Source of the DNA: a bacterium
GTDB taxonomy: Bacteria > SM23-31
Direction: 5' to 3'
NCBI GenBank assembly: GCA_965249485.1
Contig: OZ252239.1
Coordinates: 32,001 to 96,000 of the forward strand
Length of the DNA stretch: 64,000 nucleotides
The position numbers and the translations under genes are program-made. Numbering within the stretch: the first letter of the stretch is position 1; every line of letters begins with the position of its first letter. Under the pieces are notes generated by a model. The model ran no database searches, had not been told where the DNA came from, and saw only the letters and a list, made by a program, of their open reading frames with translations. Shown piece by piece: positions 1 to 10,760 of the stretch.

Positions 1-873
1 TGCATGAATTTTCGTATCGACTCCAAAACCCATATAGCTCCCTGTTCCGCCCGCACCACCTGTAAAAAAATCGCAAAGCTGCAATACATAGTCAGGATCA
101 TTAATCCAAAATCGCGCATCAGGAGGAGCAGTACGTTCGGATACTGCTGTATAGTAAATCCGGCCTCTTAATTCTCCCAGCATCGTTTTACCCGGCACAA
201 CATTAGATAATCTTTCTAAATTACGCTGGCGGGCCAATGCTAATATTTCGGTCTGTGCAGCCACTTCCCTGCTTGTCCTTCTTGTCACGAATTCTATGAC
301 GACATTCTCTGCGGACACAATTCTCCGAGAATATTTCGGTCCCAATATTTTTTCCAGCTTTACATATCCGGAATGTGAAATCCCATCTGCCGTTGATATC
401 CAGGAGGAAGTATTGACGGCAATTGTACCTGGATCACGTTCGGCAACAAATTCTGTTAATTCGTCGTAAACTGAGAAGTCCAGAGTGCCATAATCATATC
501 CGGAAACAGCTCGTGCGATCTCCAGAGAGCCATAAACATCTATATTTTCAACAGCTCCTGCTCCGCCAAAAACCGCACGTTCAATCCTGTCCCCCAGGTC
601 GGTAAAAATCAAATAACCGGAAGTTGATCCAAATTGCGGAACCATTGGATCGGGATCTCCGGCGCGTGTGACATGAATCCACATATCCACATTACTGTCG
701 CGCATGGCTTCAGGAAGAATAAGGTTAAGCTTTTCGTTTCTCATCAGACGGAGTGATTCAGCATCGGTATCCTGTGTACGCCGCGGCAGCGGGTTTGTTG
801 ATCCTCGTTGTGCATTAGCATTTGGCACTGCACAAATCACAGATATGAATAATATCATAATTCGTAATAGCAT
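1..873 (-). CDS. Secreted M24-family (Xaa-Pro aminopeptidase-like) protein, 3' end outside window
   Basis: Not in the ORF track; translated by hand from ATG at 873 (RBS GAGGAG): MLLRIMILFISVICAVPNANAQ...AMRDSNVDMWIHV...YMGFGVDTKIHA, collinear with the neighbouring paralogs. Confidence 0.85.
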   Translation of the reverse strand, partial: MLLRIMILFISVICAVPNANAQRGSTNPLPRRTQDTDAESLRLMRNEKLNLILPEAMRDSNVDMWIHVTRAGDPDPMVPQFGSTSGYLIFTDLGDRIERAVFGGAGAVENIDVYGSLEIARAVSGYDYGTLDFSVYDELTEFVAERDPGTIAVNTSSWISTADGISHSGYVKLEKILGPKYSRRIVSAENVVIEFVTRRTSREVAAQTEILALARQRNLERLSNVVPGKTMLGELRGRIYYTAVSERTAPPDARFWINDPDYVLQLCDFFTGGAGGTGSYMGFGVDTKIHA

Positions 874-1130
874 AACATCCTCCTCAAAATCAATTAAATG
901 GCGGCTTTTTTTAACACTTATTTTTAATTTGAATGATATAATTACTTCCGCACGTAGTCAAGTTAAAATTTCCGAAGGTTACGGTAGTTACTCCTTTGAC
1001 TTCATACAAAACTCATCCATCCGGCAAAATGTAATTTTTTTGCAAAGCAATATTAAAAATGCTAACTCATATGAATCAGCCTTTTCAATATTGAAAAGAG
1101 CTCAATTTTTTAATGTTCAGGTTAAGAGAA

Positions 1131-2576
1131 TCATTTTATAATGAATATCTCCTCATTAGGCGGTTGAATAAATTCAACGCCCTTACTGGTAATAATCTGA
1201 GGATTTGAAATGTTAAAGGCCAGAGGATAACCCGGCCTCTCAGCAATCCTCTTATGGACCATATATTCAAAAGCAAAGAGATGATTCTCCTGAATTTTCA
1301 AATGGTGTGTGAATGTTCGATGTGCCGCCATAGAAGGGCCTTCTGTCCTCGTGTCGAATTCAACTTCTCTGGTATCGATGGCATTATTAATCATACTGTG
1401 ATTATCAATGGAAAATCCCGGCTTATCAGTATTAGCGAGCACTCTCTGAATTATTTTATAGTCTTTTTCGCCAATATCGCTAAACGGTGTAAAGATATAA
1501 CCTGCATCTTCCATGGCTTTCACCATAGCAGCCAACGATTCCCCGGCAGTCATACCGACTCTCATATGAGGCCGCATAATCCATTGACCTGCTATCGCCA
1601 GATCAAAGACCTCCTGTAAAAAGGCGGGTACTTTTGTTTCCCCTTCTCTCAAAATATAGGCATGAATTTTCGTGTCGACCCCAAAGCCCATATAACTGCC
1701 CAAGGGGCTGCCTCCACCACCACCGACAAACAGATCACCTCTCTGTAAAACATAGTCAGGATCATTCAGAAACCTCCTGACATCCGGTTGAGATTTCAGT
1801 ACGGTTTTATCAGGTGTATTTACTGCCGAATAGTAAATACGGGCACCTATTTCACCTGCTGTCGTTACACCCGGTATAACCTGAGACAACCGTTGTTTAG
1901 AACGTTGGCGGGCCAATGCTAAAATTTCGACCTGTGCTGCCACCTCCCTGCTCGTTCTTCTTAACAGAAAATCTGAAATAATCCTTTCTGCGGACACTAT
2001 TCGCTGAGAATATTTCGGTCCAAGTATTTTTTGGAGCTTCAAAAATTGCGTATACGAAATACCATCGGATACTGGCAGAAAATCTGAATAATTAACGGCA
2101 ATTGTCTGCGGATCACGTTCAGCAACAAAATCTGTTATTTCGTTGAAGACTTCGGGGACCGAATATCCCTGACTCGGGTCAGAATTGTCATAATTGTAAC
2201 CGGCAAAGGCCCGTGCAACATTTTCAGATCCCCGTATGTCAATTTTTTCAACTGCTCCTGCGCTCCCGCCAAAATGAGCCCGCTCAATTTTATCTCCCAA
2301 GTCGGTAAAAATCAAATAACCCGATGTTTTTCCAAACTGCATAATCAATGGATCTTGACCACGTGTTACGTGTATCCACATGTCCACATTGTTGTCACGC
2401 ATAGCTCCCGGTAGAACAAGGTCAAGTTTGTCGTTTCTCATCAGGCGTAGCGCTTCTCTATCGGTATCCGGCGTTCGTTGTGGCAGCGGATCAATAATAT
2501 CTCTCCCTCGCTGTGCATTGACATTTGGTACTGCAAATATCACAGATAGTAATAATATCAGAACTCGAACTAACAT
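1131..2576 (-). CDS. Secreted M24-family peptidase-like protein, incomplete metal site
   Basis: Signal peptide ending VNA-Q; MRDNNVDMWIH, ERDP, DGIS, AYILREGET, FAFEY, GVEFIQPP motifs; start moved to ATG 2576 behind GAGGAG. Confidence 0.85.
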   Translation of the reverse strand: MLVRVLILLLSVIFAVPNVNAQRGRDIIDPLPQRTPDTDREALRLMRNDKLDLVLPGAMRDNNVDMWIHVTRGQDPLIMQFGKTSGYLIFTDLGDKIERAHFGGSAGAVEKIDIRGSENVARAFAGYNYDNSDPSQGYSVPEVFNEITDFVAERDPQTIAVNYSDFLPVSDGISYTQFLKLQKILGPKYSQRIVSAERIISDFLLRRTSREVAAQVEILALARQRSKQRLSQVIPGVTTAGEIGARIYYSAVNTPDKTVLKSQPDVRRFLNDPDYVLQRGDLFVGGGGGSPLGSYMGFGVDTKIHAYILREGETKVPAFLQEVFDLAIAGQWIMRPHMRVGMTAGESLAAMVKAMEDAGYIFTPFSDIGEKDYKIIQRVLANTDKPGFSIDNHSMINNAIDTREVEFDTRTEGPSMAAHRTFTHHLKIQENHLFAFEYMVHKRIAERPGYPLAFNISNPQIITSKGVEFIQPPNEEIFIIK

Positions 2577-2680
2577 AATCCTCTCCTCAATCATTGATCA
2601 ACGACATTGTGCTATTATATTTAATTATTAATTATTCTAGTGTGATCTAACTTTGTAATGTTCTACTTTTCGCTTAAAAT

Positions 2681-4117
2681 TTAATGAATAAGTATTATTT
2701 CCTCATTGGGTGCCCTAAGAAATTCAACTCCCCGGCTGGTTACGATCTGAGGATTCGAAAAATTCATGGCAAGTGGAAAACCGGGTCTTTCAGGAATGTT
2801 CATGTGGACCATATATTCAAAAGCAAAAATGAAATTCTCCGGAATTTTTAGATGATGCGTGTTTACCCGAAATGGCGCCATTGAGGGTCCTTCTACTCTC
2901 AAGTTACCACCATTATTACCAAAAGAGTGATTGTCAATGGAAAATCCCGGCTTATCAGTATTAGCGAGTGCCTTCTGTATTATCTTATAATCTTCAGTGC
3001 CATTGTCTAAAAACGGAGTATATATATAGCCTGCATCTTCCATGGCTTTGACCATAGTATCCAAAGATTCCCCGGCGGTTATACCGACTTTCATATGTGG
3101 CCGTAAGATATCCAATGCTTGTATCCCCAGATCAAAGACTTTCTGAAAACTCTCAGGAACACTTGTTTCCCCTTCTCTCAGAATATATGCATGAACTTTA
3201 CTATCTGTCCCAAAGCCCATATATTTAAGATCAGTATTAAAAATGAAATAATCACCACGCTGAAGGACATAGTCAGGGTGACGGATCCACCATCTGACAT
3301 CTGGTGGTTCAATAGGTTCGGATACTGCAGAATAGTAAACCCGCAGGCCACCCGGTGACCATGTGCTATAATCTACTAAACCCCGCTTGAATGCCTCTTC
3401 ATTCGCCCACCAGGTTATATCTCCTATCGTCGTTACACCCGGCACGATACGGGATAAAGCCCGTGAAAAATTCTGACGATTCATTTCCACTGTATTGGTC
3501 ATTGCTGCTATTTCTCTAAGAGTCCTTCTTGAAAGAAAATCTGTAATGACATTCTCCGCCGAGACAATCCTCTCAGAATATTTTGGTCCTAATATCTTTT
3601 CCAATTTCAGATATTGGGTATAGGAAATCCCATCTGCTGCAGAAAGCCAATCGGAATAATTTACTGCAATTGTTTTCGGATCGCGTTCGGAAACAAATTC
3701 TGTTATTTCACCGTAGACTTCAGGAACCGAAAAACCCTGCCGGGGGTCTGAATTGTTATAATTATATCCATCAATAGCTCGTGAGATGTTGACTGAACCG
3801 TGTACATCAATATTTTCAACAGCTCCCGAACTACCAAACGCAGCGCGCTCAATTCTATCGCCCAGATCGGTAAAAATCAAATAACCTGAGGTTGATCCAA
3901 ATTGCTGAACCAGTGGATCTCTGCCACGAGCTACATGTATCCACATGTCCACATTGTTGTCACGCATGGCACCCGGCAAAATAAGATCAATTTTTTCATT
4001 TCGTAGAAGACGAAGTACTTCTCCGCCAGTCTTTGCCGTATGAACACCCGGCTGTGCATTAGCATTCGGGATTGCAAACATTACATAAATGAGTATCATC
4101 AAAACTCGATATAACAT
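2681..4117 (-). CDS. Secreted M24-family peptidase-like protein
   Basis: Same family motifs; signal peptide ANA-Q; start at ATG 4117 behind GAGGAG. Confidence 0.85.
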   Translation of the reverse strand: MLYRVLMILIYVMFAIPNANAQPGVHTAKTGGEVLRLLRNEKIDLILPGAMRDNNVDMWIHVARGRDPLVQQFGSTSGYLIFTDLGDRIERAAFGSSGAVENIDVHGSVNISRAIDGYNYNNSDPRQGFSVPEVYGEITEFVSERDPKTIAVNYSDWLSAADGISYTQYLKLEKILGPKYSERIVSAENVITDFLSRRTLREIAAMTNTVEMNRQNFSRALSRIVPGVTTIGDITWWANEEAFKRGLVDYSTWSPGGLRVYYSAVSEPIEPPDVRWWIRHPDYVLQRGDYFIFNTDLKYMGFGTDSKVHAYILREGETSVPESFQKVFDLGIQALDILRPHMKVGITAGESLDTMVKAMEDAGYIYTPFLDNGTEDYKIIQKALANTDKPGFSIDNHSFGNNGGNLRVEGPSMAPFRVNTHHLKIPENFIFAFEYMVHMNIPERPGFPLAMNFSNPQIVTSRGVEFLRAPNEEIILIH

Positions 4118-4202
4118 AGCCTTGCTCCTCATTGTGGTACAATGTTGAATTTTTTATATTTATTTGTGATTTGCTTCGATTATTATAATTTACGTATAAG
4201 AT

Positions 4203-5618
4203 TTATTTGATTAGAATAACTCCTTCATTTGGCATCTGAATATTTTCAACACCCTTACTGGTTATAATTTGAGGATTGGAAATATTAAACATTAATGGAT
4301 AACCGGGTCGTTCATCAATATTTTTGTGTACCATATATTCAAACGCAAAGAAGTGGTCCTCCTGAATTTTTAAATGGTGCGTAAATTTGCGGAATGGGCC
4401 CATAGAGGTCCCTTCTGTCCTAACATCGACTTCAACTTCCCCGGTTTCGATGCGATTATTAATCATACTGTGATTATCGATGGAAAATCCCGGTTTATCG
4501 GTATTAGCAAGCACTCTCCGGACCATTTCACCGTCTTTTCGACCATTATCGGTAAACGGTGTATAGATATAGCCCGCATCTTCCATGGCTTTGACCATTG
4601 CTGCCAACGATTCCCCACCGGTCATGCCGACTCTCATATGGGGCCGCATAATTTTTTGACCTGCTATTGCCAGATCATAGACCTCCTGCAAAAATTCAGG
4701 CATTTCTGATTCACCTTCTCTCAGAATATAAGCATACGTTTTTGTATCAACATCCATGTCCATATACTTACCCGAAGGCCCGCCTCTATAACCGCCATGA
4801 AATAAATCACCCCGCTGCAATATGTAGTCACGAGAGCGTGTCTCGGACATGCTTGCTGTTGCCGAAAAGATAACACTGGCTCCTACATCCCGTACCCTTG
4901 ATTTTCCCGGAATGATTTTCCGTAAATTTCCTAAAACACGCTGACGTGCCAGTGCTAATATTTCGACCTGTGCCGCTACTTCTCTACTCGTCCTTCTTAC
5001 CAGAAAATCGTTAATAACATTTTGAGCAGAGATAATCCTTGCGGAATATTTCGACCCCAGTATTCTTTGCAGTTTCAAAAATTGTGTGTGCGAAATACCA
5101 TCAGAAACTACAAGAAAATCAGAATAATTGACGGCTATTGTCTGTGGATCGCGTTCGGCAACAAATTCTGTTATTTCGTCGTAGACTTCGGGAACCGAAT
5201 ATCCCTGACTTGGGTCGGAATTGTCATAATTATAACCTGCAAATGCCCGCGCGACATCTTCAGAACCCCGTACATCAATGTTTTCAACAGCTCCTGAACT
5301 CCCGCCAAAATGAGCCCGCTCAATCCTGTCTCCCAAATCAGTAAAAATCAAATATCCGGAGGTCTTTCCAAATTGCACCATCAATGGATCTTGACCGCGC
5401 GTAACATGTATCCACATGTCTACGTTATTGTCACGCATAGCTCCCGGCAGAACAAGATCAAGTTTATCATTTCGCATGAGGCGAAGCGCTTCCCTGTCGG
5501 ACTCTGCCGTACGTGCCGGCAAGGGATCTATAATAGCTAAACTTTGTTCTTGCTGTGCAAGAGCATTTGGTACTGCAAACGTCACAAATACGAGCATAAT
5601 AATAATTTTTGATAACAT
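4203..5618 (-). CDS. Secreted M24-family peptidase-like protein, incomplete metal site
   Basis: Close paralog of 1131..2576; signal peptide ALA-Q. Confidence 0.85.
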   Translation of the reverse strand: MLSKIIIMLVFVTFAVPNALAQQEQSLAIIDPLPARTAESDREALRLMRNDKLDLVLPGAMRDNNVDMWIHVTRGQDPLMVQFGKTSGYLIFTDLGDRIERAHFGGSSGAVENIDVRGSEDVARAFAGYNYDNSDPSQGYSVPEVYDEITEFVAERDPQTIAVNYSDFLVVSDGISHTQFLKLQRILGSKYSARIISAQNVINDFLVRRTSREVAAQVEILALARQRVLGNLRKIIPGKSRVRDVGASVIFSATASMSETRSRDYILQRGDLFHGGYRGGPSGKYMDMDVDTKTYAYILREGESEMPEFLQEVYDLAIAGQKIMRPHMRVGMTGGESLAAMVKAMEDAGYIYTPFTDNGRKDGEMVRRVLANTDKPGFSIDNHSMINNRIETGEVEVDVRTEGTSMGPFRKFTHHLKIQEDHFFAFEYMVHKNIDERPGYPLMFNISNPQIITSKGVENIQMPNEGVILIK

Positions 5619-5721
5619 TATATTCTCCTCATTTATTTAATAGTGTCTCATTATTAATGTCTGCCTGATTGTTGCTTCGAGCATTGCCAGATTCTATAAT
5701 GTCACGCATGAAGCCGCAGGA

Positions 5722-7131
5722 TCAGTGGATCAGTAAAATTTTTTCATTCGGTGGATGAAGAAATTCAACTCCCCGGCTGGATACAATGTGATTTCCTTCT
5801 ATATTAATCCTAAGTGGATAACTAGGTCTTTCTGGAATGTTCGTATTAGTAATAAACTCAAAAGAAAAAAGATGATTCTCCGGAATGATCAAATGATCCC
5901 TGTCCGATCTGAATGGGGCAATCGAGGGTCCGACTGTCACAAGACTTCCACCATGATGACCCTGGCTGTGAAGGTCAATGGATATTCCAGTCTTATCAGT
6001 ATTAGCCAATGCCTTCAGAACCATTTCGTGGTCTTCAGGCCCACTATCGACATACGGAGTATATATATAGCCGGCGTCTTCAAGGGCTGAGACGATGGCT
6101 TTCAATGTTTCCCCGGCTGTTCTGCCGACTTTTACATTTTCACGAATAATATCACGGGCTGCCAATGAGCGGTCAAAGCCATGCTGTAAACTCTGCGGAA
6201 TACTTGTTTCTCCTTTGCGTAAAATATATGCATTACGCTTATAATCTGTCGAAAAATAGTCTAGATATCGAACTCCATTATCAAATTGTAGGAAATCACC
6301 ACGTTGTAACACATATTGAGGAGAACCTGTCACTGATCGATCGGAAACTGCTGAATAGATAACTACGGGAGTACCTACTCCGGTACTATATCCTCGAGTC
6401 AGACCTCTCTTGAAAAACTCTTCTTTAACCCACCAGCCAACATCTTCACGTGTTGTCACTCCGGGTGTAATAACCTCATTCGATAAAGAGCGTTCGAGAA
6501 TCTGACGGTGCACTTCCACTGAATTTGTCATTACAGCTACTTCCCTGAGCGTCCTTCTAGTCCTGAACTCGGTAATAAGGTTCTCTGCTGAGATTATTCG
6601 TGCAGAATACTTTTGTCCCAGTATCTTTTCCAGTTTTACATATTGAGAATGAGAAATACCGTCAGCAATAGCGAGCCAATCGGATGTATTGACTGCGATC
6701 GTTTTCGGATCACGTTCGGTAACAAAATCTCTCAATTCATTGTAGACAGAGAAATCCTGCGTTCGATAATTGTATCCAGAAATAGCGCGCGCAATGTCGC
6801 GAGAGCCTCGTATATCAATGTTTTCGACAGCTCCGCCACTGCCAAAAACGGCTCGCTCGATCCTGTCACCCAGGTTTGTAAAAATCAGATAACCCGACGT
6901 AGATCCAAAATTCTCAACCATTGGATCAGGATCTCCTGAACGAGTGACGTGAATCCACATGTCTACATTATTGTCGCGCATGACCCCAGGCAAAATAAGG
7001 TCAAGTTTTTCATTGCGAATCAAGCGGAGGACTTCCCCACCTGTCCTTGCTGTATGTACTCCCGGCTGTGCATTGGCAAAAGGTACCATGAGTATCATAG
7101 CAATTAAAAATACCATAACTCGAAATAGCAT
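5722..7131 (-). CDS. Secreted M24-family metallopeptidase, apparently intact ligands
   Basis: QFD..STD..DLH..SFE..NIE matches the D-D-H-E-E pita-bread ligand order. Confidence 0.85.
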   Translation of the reverse strand: MLFRVMVFLIAMILMVPFANAQPGVHTARTGGEVLRLIRNEKLDLILPGVMRDNNVDMWIHVTRSGDPDPMVENFGSTSGYLIFTNLGDRIERAVFGSGGAVENIDIRGSRDIARAISGYNYRTQDFSVYNELRDFVTERDPKTIAVNTSDWLAIADGISHSQYVKLEKILGQKYSARIISAENLITEFRTRRTLREVAVMTNSVEVHRQILERSLSNEVITPGVTTREDVGWWVKEEFFKRGLTRGYSTGVGTPVVIYSAVSDRSVTGSPQYVLQRGDFLQFDNGVRYLDYFSTDYKRNAYILRKGETSIPQSLQHGFDRSLAARDIIRENVKVGRTAGETLKAIVSALEDAGYIYTPYVDSGPEDHEMVLKALANTDKTGISIDLHSQGHHGGSLVTVGPSIAPFRSDRDHLIIPENHLFSFEFITNTNIPERPSYPLRINIEGNHIVSSRGVEFLHPPNEKILLIH

Positions 7132-7231
7132 GACATTCTCCTCATTTGAATCCTGGTGATAAATATTATTTTAGGCATTTGACTTTTACAAAGATTTGAT
7201 GATCTTTTACATTAAGGCAATTCAACGCTTA

Positions 7232-8418
7232 CTATAAATCCCCGACATTAATTTCTCTGTCACTAAATTGAAGCTTTTCAATATTAATAAGAATATTATA
7301 ACCGTCTCGCATGAAATTCATACCTTCCACTATCACTCTTCCATCCTGTTTATGCACGATGAAATCCTCACGATTACTGGAAAATACAGCAACATCATTA
7401 CCCTGACCGCCATCAACAACGTCTGAACCTGCCATTGGTGTAATTACATTATCGCCGCTAGGTTGTTATCTTCATCATTTCCGGTCAGATTTGAATCATT
7501 ACGACCGGTCAGCATCGCTTTTTTAATATACTGAGCAGTATCAGTATAGGTAGAATTCTCGTCACGGGTTAACGAAAACGTACCATCAAATTCTTCCGCG
7601 ATTCTTGCAGTAAACAACCAATGCGTACCCAAAAAACCTTCCACAAGATCGTACATCGCCGGATCAAGGGCTTTCAACTTAAAGTTATCCAGGGGGATAT
7701 ATTCTCCCCCCCGTGTCCCGGTACCGGTTGGATCATGTTTGAAAAAATCAAAATAAGCTTCCATTCCGCAGATCCAGTATTCACCCGTTGTGTTCCGATT
7801 GTACAGACCTTTCGCTCTGGCTTTATCGTGTGCGTCATTCAAATCACGATTAAAAGTGGGGTGCGCTGTCCGAAGTCCAAATCGATCGACATAGTGCATG
7901 ATCTCTTCATAGGTAGCATCACGTACCGGATCGTCTATCATGTACAGTTCGGTACCTTCAGGGATGGGCGGTGGTGTATGCTGAGCCTGTGTTTTAATAC
8001 CCGATTCCAAAAAACTTTTTGCATCGGTTCTCATGGAAGTTCGGTTAATATAAAATGCCATTATTGAATTTTGATCTGCCAGTGCATTTGCTACAGTAGT
8101 TTTATCACTGCCATACAGTGATCCCGGAACGTTCGTCAAATGATTCACAAGTACTTTTCGCGCATGGACAATTTTATCATCGGAAATACCCGGCTGCACT
8201 ACAATATGAATCGGTTTCCCATTTGGGGCATACACCTTGGTATATTTGACAAAAACTTTGAAAACATTGTCAACATCATCCGGCATATCCACGACTCCGG
8301 TTTTTGATTTGGAAATGTCTATATCAGGAAGTACCGGCAGATTTTGGGCAAATATGTTACCGAAGTTTATTAATACCGATGATAAGAAAAAAAACACTAT
8401 AATTAGTCTTGATACCAT
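7232..8418 (-). pseudogene. Secreted EExxH metalloprotease-like protein with RTX-type Ca-binding tail, frameshifted near 7450
   Basis: Paralog of 8470..9705 (YTKVYAPNGKPIHI, DATYEEIMH); the GGQGND/IEKLQFSD tail lies in a separate ORF, 7232..7435; alignment with the paralog suggests about 10 nt are missing. Confidence 0.75.
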
Positions 8419-8469
8419 GGTATCCTCCACTCATTAGAAAGTTAATTATTGAACATAGTTAATCTATGT

Positions 8470-9705
8470 TTAAAGGTTTACTTTTCGATCACGAAATTGA
8501 AGAAATTCAATGCCGGTTAGTTCATCGTTTCCATCCTGGTTTACACGCTTATCCTTGACTGTTGTATATCCATCTTTCTTCATAATAGTATAATCATCAT
8601 AAGCACCCCAGTATAATGCTGTATCATCCCCTTCACCTCCGAAGAGCTGATCATCTCCTTTTCCACCTTTCAGTATATTATTACCAGCATTACCTGTTAA
8701 TACGTTGTCATAGGCATTTCCCGTGAGATTTGCATCATTGCTGCCCCTCAGTGTCACATTTTTGAGGTGCTGTGATTTATACGTATAAACCAGGTGCGGA
8801 TCAAGTTTAATCGAAAATGTGCCTTCAAAATCTAAAGGCAGCAGCGGCGTATACGTCAAGTACGGATGAAAGAAATACGTCAGTAGTTCATATCCAGCCG
8901 GGTCGGCTTTCAACAACTGAGCCCGGTTGTTTGCTATATGGAGTCCCCATGCATAAGCTTGTCTCTCCATTCCAGCGGGTGTCTGGTCTCTACCTTCCCA
9001 TCTTGTTCCCGGTACTACCCATAGATCGAGGTAAATATCAAGTTGTGCAGCAAAATATTCATTCGGACTGTATTTATGGCCATCATCACCGGGATCATAC
9101 TTCCCCGCAGCAAGATAAGCCTCATGTGCTGCGACGATCTTCGCCTGAAATTCCGGCAGAGCGTTCATGATACCCCTGCGCTGTACCAAATGGAGAACTT
9201 CTTCGAACGTAGCATCCCGGGTAATTTGGTTCATGTAATTGTCACTGCCTTCAACGGTTATTTCATTCGCCCACATACTTTGGAGAGCCATGTCGGTTGC
9301 ACTTCTTAACCCTTCCCGTGCTTCCCGAGCCTCAACAGAAGTGTTATAGAGTGTCATTGTAGATTTTCTGTCTGACATAGCATTGGCGACTGCTTCTTTA
9401 CTACTGCCATATTGAAAGTAGGGGTAATCGGCTAGAAAGTACTCCATAACATTTTTTGCTTTAAAAATCTTATCATCAGTCCAGGCATCCTGAGCAATGA
9501 AGTGAATGGGCTTGCCGTTTGGCGCGATTATTTTTGTGTATCTCGTGAATAAATCAGTAAATACAGATGGCGTGTTCGCAGGCAATGGAACAATGCCATT
9601 GGGAGAACCTGAGATGTCAATATCAGGCAAGGTAACAACCTGCGCATTGGCAAATGGTACTGTAAACATCGCAGATACTAAAAAAATCACGGCTCGAAAA
9701 TTCAT
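8470..9705 (-). CDS. Secreted EExxH metalloprotease-like protein with C-terminal RTX/hemolysin-type Ca-binding repeats
   Basis: Signal peptide ANA-Q from ATG 9705; DATFEEVLH, downstream EYFA; GGKGDD/GGEGDD nonapeptide repeats. Confidence 0.75.
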   Translation of the reverse strand: MNFRAVIFLVSAMFTVPFANAQVVTLPDIDISGSPNGIVPLPANTPSVFTDLFTRYTKIIAPNGKPIHFIAQDAWTDDKIFKAKNVMEYFLADYPYFQYGSSKEAVANAMSDRKSTMTLYNTSVEAREAREGLRSATDMALQSMWANEITVEGSDNYMNQITRDATFEEVLHLVQRRGIMNALPEFQAKIVAAHEAYLAAGKYDPGDDGHKYSPNEYFAAQLDIYLDLWVVPGTRWEGRDQTPAGMERQAYAWGLHIANNRAQLLKADPAGYELLTYFFHPYLTYTPLLPLDFEGTFSIKLDPHLVYTYKSQHLKNVTLRGSNDANLTGNAYDNVLTGNAGNNILKGGKGDDQLFGGEGDDTALYWGAYDDYTIMKKDGYTTVKDKRVNQDGNDELTGIEFLQFRDRKVNL

Positions 9706-9990
9706 AATTTTTCCTTTCCTGAAAAACGGTGATAATTTGTCAAGTTGTAATTGAGATATCTTCCATACCAATCCTCTAAAAGAGATTAAGGTGGGATTGA
9801 GTAGATATATGGATGTTAATTTTTTATATATGTTGGGAATGGGATTGGTTACAGTAATGCCCGATTGCATCCTGAAATCATAAGGTATTGTTAAAAGAAG
9901 CCATAAAGTCGACACATTGTTTATGACCTCACCTCTGAGAATGTGTCATATAATGAGTTCGATGATTTTAGAATTGTATCATACCATCAG

Positions 9991-10284
9991 CTATCCAATT
10001 CTATATATTTCCCGGAATCCGCCATCAACCAATTCAGTGTATCCTTTCATTGCTTCACCTAATTCCGGTTTCAAGCTTATCTGTTTTGCCATATCGACAT
10101 ACCCATTCAAGTCATCAACTTCACTCTGAATAACGACCGTCCAGAACGTTGCCACAACATCTGTCATCACCTGTGTGTTTTTTACACCGAATTCAGGCAA
10201 ATATTCTGCGCCTTTTTTAAATTTTTCAACCAGTTCACGAGCCTTCGCTGGTTTGGCATGAAATACATTCCTCACTAAAAACAT
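9991..10284 (-). CDS. Small protein, possibly dimeric alpha+beta barrel (NIPSNAP-like)
   Basis: 97 aa, RBS AGGAG, pattern VRNVFHAKP...FREIY. Confidence 0.55.
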   Translation of the reverse strand: MFLVRNVFHAKPAKARELVEKFKKGAEYLPEFGVKNTQVMTDVVATFWTVVIQSEVDDLNGYVDMAKQISLKPELGEAMKGYTELVDGGFREIYRIG

Positions 10285-10760
10285 AGTGCTGTTCTCCTGT
10301 TGATTAGTGCATTTTTTTGTTTACAAATATTAAATATAATAACATAATTCTAATATAGTATCACAAATCTTTTTATAATGACTACTAATTTATTTATAAC
10401 TATTATTAACTCTTGTAAGATGAATATTGAAAGCACATTTAATACGTTAGTCGGAGTATAATAGTATCTGAAAATTCTAATGCATAGTATGGGAGTGGGC
10501 AATTGAAGATTTAGACGACATTCTGAGCAGATGTTTTTTGAGAAGAAATGTGCAACAAATGTAATTGGGATTTCTTATTTCATATTTTTCTTGCAAAACA
10601 TGTCTTGAGTTGTTATTGTTCAAACAACACTTCATAATGTAACTCTGACATAACCTGTTCTCCAACATAAAAAAATCATATAGCATGCTCGTCTGAATTT
10701 TAAATGATAAAATTGAACTACACTGTAAATTGTTGAATTACAAAATAGGAGAAAATCAGA

